DNA of 63,721 bases, filler included, from Chlamydiia bacterium (GTDB lineage: Bacteria > Chlamydiota > Chlamydiia > Chlamydiales > FEN-1388), in NCBI GenBank assembly GCA_903848235.1. It is 8 parts of 8 records of this genome, joined end to end, with 100 filler letters (N's around TTAATTAATTAA, not from the genome) between each part and the next. Parts side by side here need not be neighbours in the genome. Positions count along the whole stretch, not along the records: positions 56,871 to 59,313 come from CAINFV010000108.1; positions 59,414 to 62,091 come from CAINFV010000110.1; positions 62,192 to 63,721 come from CAINFV010000127.1; 5 more parts are not named here. One strand, given 5' to 3'. How positions within the stretch are numbered: the first letter of the stretch is position 1; every line of letters starts with the position of its first letter. Below the pieces are notes generated by a model. That model did not search any database and was not told the DNA's origin. It saw only the letters and a list, made by a program, of their open reading frames with translations. Of this stretch, positions 57,569 through 63,721 are shown piece by piece. Position numbers and translations under genes: made by a program.

Positions 57569-58948
57569 TCACACCATTTTCGTCGGATCAGTAGCCTCAT
57601 CAAAGACATCTTCTGGGACGCCAAGTCTGAGAGCTGCCTCTCTGAGGCTGATGTCTGTGTGGGAAGCGAGGAGCGTGATCTTTGCCGTTTTGTCATACCC
57701 AATTTTCTGGCTTAACGCCGTGGCAAGCATCAGGGACTGTTCGAGCATCTGCTTGATATGAGGCTCATTGGCCTTCATGCCCTTGAGGCATTTTTCTGTG
57801 AAATTCACCGATACGTCAGCGAGAAGATTGATCGATTCTAGACAGTTTTTGGCAATGACGGGCTTGTAGGTACTTAGCTCAAAATGCCCTTGGGTAGAGG
57901 CCAAGGTAATCGCTGTGTCATTACCAATGACCTGGCAGCACACCTGGGTGACGGCTTCACATTGTGTGGGGTTTATTTTCCCTGGCATGATTGACGAGCC
58001 TGGCTCATTTTCGGGGAGAAGCAGCTCTGAGAGGCCGCAGCGTGGGCCCGATGCCATGAGGCGAATGTCATTGGCAATTTTAAAAAGGGCGCATGCGGTT
58101 CGTTTTAAGACGCCGGAGAGCTCAACGGCCGTGTCATGGCAGGCAAGGGCTTCGAAGGGGTTGTCTGCTGGGCGGAAGGGAAGGCTATACTCGGCTTCAA
58201 GGTGGCCTATCGCTCGTTCTTTAAATCCAGCGGGGCAGTTGAGGCCTGTACCTACGGCCGTCCCTCCAAGAGCTAGTTCAAGGAGGCGTGTCATAACAGA
58301 CTGGACGGCATCAATCGAATGTTCTATTTGTGCAGCGTAGCCTGAGAACTCTTGCCCCAAACGAATAGGCACTGCATCCATCATATGGGTTCTGCCGACT
58401 TTGATGATGGGGAAAAAGGTTTTTGCCTTTGAATCAAGGGCCGTATACAGGGTTTTTAGCGCTGGTATCAGTCGTCGGAAAATGGCTGCTGCAAAGGCGA
58501 CGTGCATGGCCGTTGGGAAGGTGTCATTAGAAGACTGTGATTTGTTGACATCATCATTTGGATGGATTGGTGATTTGCTGCCCCGTGTTTTTCCAGCAAG
58601 CTCATTAGCACGATTGGCAATCACTTCGTTGACGTTCATGTTGGTCTGGGTGCCAGAGCCAGTCTGCCAGACAGTCAGAGGAAATTCTGTGTCGAGGTCC
58701 TCAGGAGTTAGCGACTGGATAGCGCGGATGATCAGCTCCTTTTTCCCTTCATCCAAAACGTTTAGCTCGCTATTGGCAAGGGCTGAGGCATGTTTAATGG
58801 AGATGAGGGCTGAGATGATTTCCTTCGGAATTGTATGCCCTCCGATGCGAAAGTTCATCAGTGACCGTTGGGTCTGCGCCCCCCAGAGGTGTTCTTCTGG
58901 AACCTCTACCGTGCCTAGAGAGTCACTCTCCTGTCGCATCTTTTCCAT
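57569..58948 (-). CDS. fumC: Class II fumarate hydratase
   Basis: WGAQTQRS, QTGSGTQTNMN and GSSIMPGKINPTQCE. Confidence 0.96.
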   Translation of the reverse strand: MEKMRQESDSLGTVEVPEEHLWGAQTQRSLMNFRIGGHTIPKEIISALISIKHASALANSELNVLDEGKKELIIRAIQSLTPEDLDTEFPLTVWQTGSGTQTNMNVNEVIANRANELAGKTRGSKSPIHPNDDVNKSQSSNDTFPTAMHVAFAAAIFRRLIPALKTLYTALDSKAKTFFPIIKVGRTHMMDAVPIRLGQEFSGYAAQIEHSIDAVQSVMTRLLELALGGTAVGTGLNCPAGFKERAIGHLEAEYSLPFRPADNPFEALACHDTAVELSGVLKRTACALFKIANDIRLMASGPRCGLSELLLPENEPGSSIMPGKINPTQCEAVTQVCCQVIGNDTAITLASTQGHFELSTYKPVIAKNCLESINLLADVSVNFTEKCLKGMKANEPHIKQMLEQSLMLATALSQKIGYDKTAKITLLASHTDISLREAALRLGVPEDVFDEATDPTKMV

Positions 58949-59007
58949 ATACCCTGCTCCTTGTCTGTTTCTTCTGAAGTACACGTTTTCTGTTTTTTTT
59001 GCCAAAT

Positions 59008-59167
59008 ATACCGGTGACAATTGAAAGTTGGATACATTCCGAAGAAAAAGTCCGCAGATTCGATCGGCAAAATCAGACCTGCTACTGGAAGTAGGGGTTG
59101 TTTTTGCCGACTCGAAGATGCGGATTTTTTCGATGGAAGGTATCCAACTTTCAAGTGGAAGCGGTAT
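59008..59167. mobile_element. MITE family D, about 160-bp hairpin element (IS630-like TA ends)
   Basis: Left ATACCG-GTGA-CAATTGAAAGTTGGATACATTCC versus right (reverse complement) ATACCG-CTTC-CACTTGAAAGTTGGATACCTTCC; nested internal stems. Confidence 0.75.
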
Positions 59168-59413
59168 TTACCAAAACAATAGGTGAGAAGTGTTGGGTTG
59201 CTCCCAGTATTGCTGACTTGTTATAATGTGCGGCATAAACGATAAACTTATTAATTAATTGACGCGCAAAAAAGCAAAAGGATTGTTTATATGTCTGCTG
59301 TTTCTAATGTTCANNNNNNNNNNNNNNNNNNNNNNNNNNNNNNNNNNNNNNNNNNNNTTAATTAATTAANNNNNNNNNNNNNNNNNNNNNNNNNNNNNNN
59401 NNNNNNNNNNNNN

Positions 59414-62091
59414 ATTCGACCATCACTTCTTTCTATGCAAAGCCTTCTGATTTCGAACGTGAAACAGCTTTAAAAGGTTTGAGAGAAACCTTGACAACAG
59501 TTGGTGGTTCTACAAAAGGTGAGTTCTCCGGGATGACGTATAGTCCTATTACTGCTCTCCAAAAACGGATTGATAGGGCTGTAGGGTTGATAGGGGGCGA
59601 GGAACAGATCACTCAGGAGGTCGATGATGTGGCTGCGGCTTTGATGCACACAATTGCCTCAGCTAAAGAGGCGGTTAGTGGGGACGTTCTGCGTGCCCCC
59701 TTGCCGACCAAGGGAGCGATCCGCTCTGAGATGATAGGAAGAGTGGCAATTATTGTATCACAACAACTCATTCAATCAACTGCTCTCAAGCTCAAGGAAG
59801 AACTGAAAAGAACATCAAGAGATCAGAAAACCTGCAACGAACTTCTTGTCAATCTTGGCCTGTATCTTGATAATTTTGTGAATGTTTTTGGACCAAATTG
59901 TTTGTGGCTCGTAGGTTCTTTGCTTCAAGATATTGGGTTGTTTGCACCTGCATTTCTTGAAGTCGTTGCCCTCAATCAAAAAGCCGTTGCCCACAATCAA
60001 AAGCAATTGCTGTTTCATTTTCTATCCATGTGGAAGACGTTTGATTTTTCAGGGATGGATGATGTTGTGAAAATCGCTCTAAAACGGGCACAGCAAGGCG
60101 ATGGCTTTGCACGACAATTGCTTACGGATGCCGCGAATATGCTGTCTGAGGCTGCAAGACAAGAGGTCGGGAAAATACCAGCACTGGAGATAGAACCACT
60201 TCTTCCAGCGCAAAATCCAGTCCAGAATGCCCTGGACATGTCGAAACTGCTTCTTCAAAAAGCAACCGACATTTGGAAAAAACTTGTTCCTTCACCTGAT
60301 AAAATGGAGCTGGCTCGTGGATGGCTAGCATTGTATGAGGGAGAATTTAGACATCCGAAGAAGGAAGGGGAGAGAGATGTTTCTTTGTTGAATCAGTATA
60401 TAGCAAAGAACTTTCAGGGCACGCCTCCGTTTTCACCGGAGGATATGCATCAGGCAATTCGTGATTCATTGAAATTCCTTGCCGATCAGCCAGATCTACC
60501 TCTCCTTGTAGCAATGGTGTGTGAGTATCCAGAAGACGCTCTTGCCTTGCATCCGATTCCTGTCACTAAGCAAAAACAAGATCTCGAAGAGCGTGCATTG
60601 GAATATTGCAAACAACTCATTGACCGTATTCACCGTGAGAGCGGTGAGAATAAATTAAGAGATACTGCTCACCTTAGTCGGGTTCGAGAGGCCCTTGAAA
60701 AGGTATTCCCACAGATTTCCCATGTTGTAGAAAGGGCGGCGCTTGAAGGTGCGGAGGTCGCTTCTGAAAAGGGCGTAGTTGGTCAGGTCGGCGCTAATCC
60801 AGCAAAAGCTTGGTTTGATGGCCGTGTCAAGGAGTGGGAGAATCACTCTACGAATGCTTTACAGGAAATTGCACAAGAAGGGGATGAGAGGAAGGCTATT
60901 GCTCTTGCTAAACGCTTAGAAAAAGAGCTTCTTGACATTCAGGGATTATTTCCAGATTCACCGGGAAGATTCAGGCTACCTGTCATAAAAGTTGCAAAAA
61001 CTCTGGCAGATAAGCTGAATGAGGCAACAACTATAGCGCCTATCCAAGAGGCGGGGAGCAAATGCAAACGCTTTCTGAAAGTGATGCAGACCTTAGGCAA
61101 GAGTTACGACCAAGAGGCTCTCGATCAGTTTGCAAAGGTTTCTCTCGAGCAGAATGTTCTTAAAGTTCTAGTTGACGATCTCTTCGAAAAAATAGTCGCA
61201 CAACTTCCTTTGGACACGCAAGAGAAATTGGAGGGGATAGATCGTGAGCTCCCTTCATTCGAAGCACTCGTTCGCATCTTTAAGCACACACGAAGTCATC
61301 TTCTCCCTGAATTAATTCAGAGGTACGGACAGACTATCGCACTGGGGCTGCTTGAAAATTCAAGGAAGGGTGGAGAAGGCGCTTCTTCAGAGTTCATGGA
61401 CTCTTTTTTAAAGTGTGCTACGGCCCCTTTTGTTGGAGATATGTTGAAAGAGTGCTTTTCCGAATACGTCAGTCAGATTCTCAAAAAACTGCAAGACACT
61501 CACCCGTTAGAGGAGAGGATCGCCCTGTGGAATGCATTGTTTGACGATGCTCAGAGGAGATGGCCAACGGTGGGAAAGGATGAATTTGTATCGGCTGTCA
61601 GAGAGGCAATCGGTGCGCAGGACCTTCTACAAAATGTGATAAAAGAGCTTCGGGCAGACGCCGTACAAAAGTTGGAAAAGGGAGACTACAAGGGGGCTGA
61701 AGAGATAATGGAAAAAGCCTTTGCTTTAGCTTCGAATGCCAAAAGCCTTTTAGGGAAACTGGAGACAGCGCCTCTACCATTGCCATCTGAAAAAGCAGTT
61801 CAGTGGCCAGTAGCGTATGGCGAATTTCTTAGTTCAAAAATGGCATTAGAAGAAGTGTTTGGAGACGGATTGGAAGAGTTATATTTCTTTCAGCAGAGAT
61901 GTATTTTTTTCCTGGGAAGCGACGTTACTGATCGTGTTTTAGAGAGTATGAATAGCTCTCTTCCTTGGGCTACAGTGAGAAGAGTCGTGCCGAAAGTGAG
62001 CGAAGAGATACAAAAAGCAGCCTTGGAAGGTAATGTAGAGGAGCTAGCGAAAATTCATCGAAAGTTCGAAGTTCTCATGAAAATCCTTGGG
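59414..62091 (+). CDS. Large alpha-helical hypothetical protein, partial
   Basis: Open for more than 870 aa over nearly the whole contig; no motif recognised. Confidence 0.75.
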
Positions 62092-62191
62092 NNNNNNNNN
62101 NNNNNNNNNNNNNNNNNNNNNNNNNNNNNNNNNNNTTAATTAATTAANNNNNNNNNNNNNNNNNNNNNNNNNNNNNNNNNNNNNNNNNNNN

Positions 62192-63448
62192 ACCTGGGTC
62201 GCTCCAAAAGGACAGTACACTGTCACTTCCACTATTGCCAAAGGGATCGATGAAAAAGGTGAAGAACACTCTTTCACGATGATGCAGAGATGGCCGATTA
62301 AAAATCAGCTCATTGAAGGCATGAACGTTCGACCAACAAAAATGCTCGATACAGGCTGTCGTATTATTGACACGCAGTTTCCCATTCTTAAAGGAGGAAC
62401 TTTTTGTACGCCTGGCCCATTCGGAGCAGGAAAAACAGTCCTTCAGCACCACCTGGCAAAATATTCCGCTGTTGACATTGTTATTGCGGTAGCCTGTGGA
62501 GAACGCGCAGGTGAGGTCGTCGAAATCCTCAGGGAATTCCCCCATCTCGTTGATCCCCACACAGGTGAGTCACTCATGAAACGCACAGTGATCATCTGCA
62601 ACACATCCTCAATGCCTGTTGCTTCTCGTGAGGCCTCTGTCTACCTTGGCGTCACACTTGCTGAATACTACAGGCAAATGGGTCTTCATACACTTGTTCT
62701 TGCCGACTCAACATCACGATGGGCACAAGCGATGCGCGAGATGTCAGGTCGCCTCGAAGAAATTCCAGGCGAAGAGGCCTTCCCAGCCTACCTTGCTTCC
62801 CGTATCTCAGCATTCTACGAACGCTCAGGGGTCATCATCGCAGAAAATGGCCGTTCTGGATCCCTCACCATTGGCGGGGCCGTCTCTCCTGCTGGAGGAA
62901 ACTTTGAGGAACCCGTCACACAAGCAACGCTTGCTGTTGTGGGAGCCTTTTTAGGCCTCTCACGAGAACGATCCGATTCACGGCGATATCCAGCCATCGA
63001 TCCTCTTATCTCATGGTCAAAATACTCCACCCAAGTCGCCCACGAGCTTTCCTCGAAGATGCCTGAATGGGGTCATATCGTCGAAAAAGCGGCTAAGATC
63101 CTACGAGCCTCCGATGAGATCAAAAAACGGATGGAAGTTGTAGGAGAAGAAGGGATCTCTCTTGAAGATATGATCACCTATCTCAAGGGAGAGCTGTACG
63201 ACAGCTGTTATCTCCAGCAAAATTCCTTCGACAAAGAAGATTGTTACTGCGATTTGGATAGACAAATGTCGACGCTCGCCATCATGGGGCAGATCCTTGA
63301 TCAATCGTTCGTCTTCAAAACGCACGACGAAGCCCGCACTTTCTTCTTATCTCTCCAGCATAAGCTGAAGAATGTAAATTATCTCCCCCTTGGAGTAGCA
63401 ACGTATCTCCAGGCAGTTTCTGAAATTAAGTCGTTGTTGAATATGTGA
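62192..63448 (+). CDS. atpA: V-type ATP synthase subunit A, 5'-partial
   Basis: PGPFGAGKTV, CGERAGE, NTSSMPVASRE and ADSTSRWAQA. Confidence 0.95.
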   Translation, partial: TWVAPKGQYTVTSTIAKGIDEKGEEHSFTMMQRWPIKNQLIEGMNVRPTKMLDTGCRIIDTQFPILKGGTFCTPGPFGAGKTVLQHHLAKYSAVDIVIAVACGERAGEVVEILREFPHLVDPHTGESLMKRTVIICNTSSMPVASREASVYLGVTLAEYYRQMGLHTLVLADSTSRWAQAMREMSGRLEEIPGEEAFPAYLASRISAFYERSGVIIAENGRSGSLTIGGAVSPAGGNFEEPVTQATLAVVGAFLGLSRERSDSRRYPAIDPLISWSKYSTQVAHELSSKMPEWGHIVEKAAKILRASDEIKKRMEVVGEEGISLEDMITYLKGELYDSCYLQQNSFDKEDCYCDLDRQMSTLAIMGQILDQSFVFKTHDEARTFFLSLQHKLKNVNYLPLGVATYLQAVSEIKSLLNM

Positions 63449-63460
63449 GGGACAGAATTT

Positions 63461-63721
63461 ATGAGAACGATTCATGAAAAAATCGACGACATCAGGGGAA
63501 GCCTCGTCACCGTACGTGGAAGCAAAGCAGGTCTAGGAGAACTCGCACGTATTGAAATGGGCGATGGGCGGACAGCCTATGCTTCAGTACTCAGAATCGA
63601 TGGCGATAAAACAACCCTACAGGTATTTCAAAATACCCGTGGCATCTCTACAGGCGACAGAGTCATCTTCCTTCGCAGGCAAATGCAGGCCATGTTCAGT
63701 CCAAACCTATTAGATTCAAAA
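63461..63721 (+). CDS. atpB: V-type ATP synthase subunit B, 3'-partial
   Basis: Manual translation MRTIHEKIDDIRGSLVTV...LGELA...TLQVFQNTRGISTGD. Confidence 0.88.
   Translation, partial: MRTIHEKIDDIRGSLVTVRGSKAGLGELARIEMGDGRTAYASVLRIDGDKTTLQVFQNTRGISTGDRVIFLRRQMQAMFSPNLLDSK

Noticed and set aside
1..63721. tRNA/rRNA/riboswitch genes
   Set aside because: None recognised by eye; tRNAscan-SE/Infernal would be needed to exclude them.

Overview
This window appears to come from an environmental Chlamydiota (chlamydial) draft genome. The evidence is a giant SecD/F fusion near recJ, kdsB-pyrG-yqgF, ruvC-ruvA, gpmA-rluB, a eukaryote-type UDP-sugar pyrophosphorylase and V-type ATPase genes. It comprises 8 contigs joined by artificial 100-nt N/TTAATTAATTAA/N linkers, so adjacency across linkers is not real. 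Housekeeping blocks alternate with accessory DNA. Candidate host-directed effectors include a PLD, a RING-membrane protein, an F-box-LRR-CaaX protein and Inc/translocator-like proteins. A decayed island (about 25.1-33.7 kb) carries IS256, an HNH remnant, HigBA, HicAB remnants, two Fic genes each preceded by its own operator-like repeat array, and an ANT(9)/AadA-like gene. The most striking non-annotated structure is a set of at least four families of about 150-160 bp whole-length-hairpin MITEs with clear TIRs and target duplications. One family shares its 12-bp terminus with a partial IS701-like transposon in the window. Another is also present as a 20-bp collapsed palindrome still flanked by its 5-bp duplication, and it sits exactly on stop codons. 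All calls come from reading motifs by eye; no database search was run.
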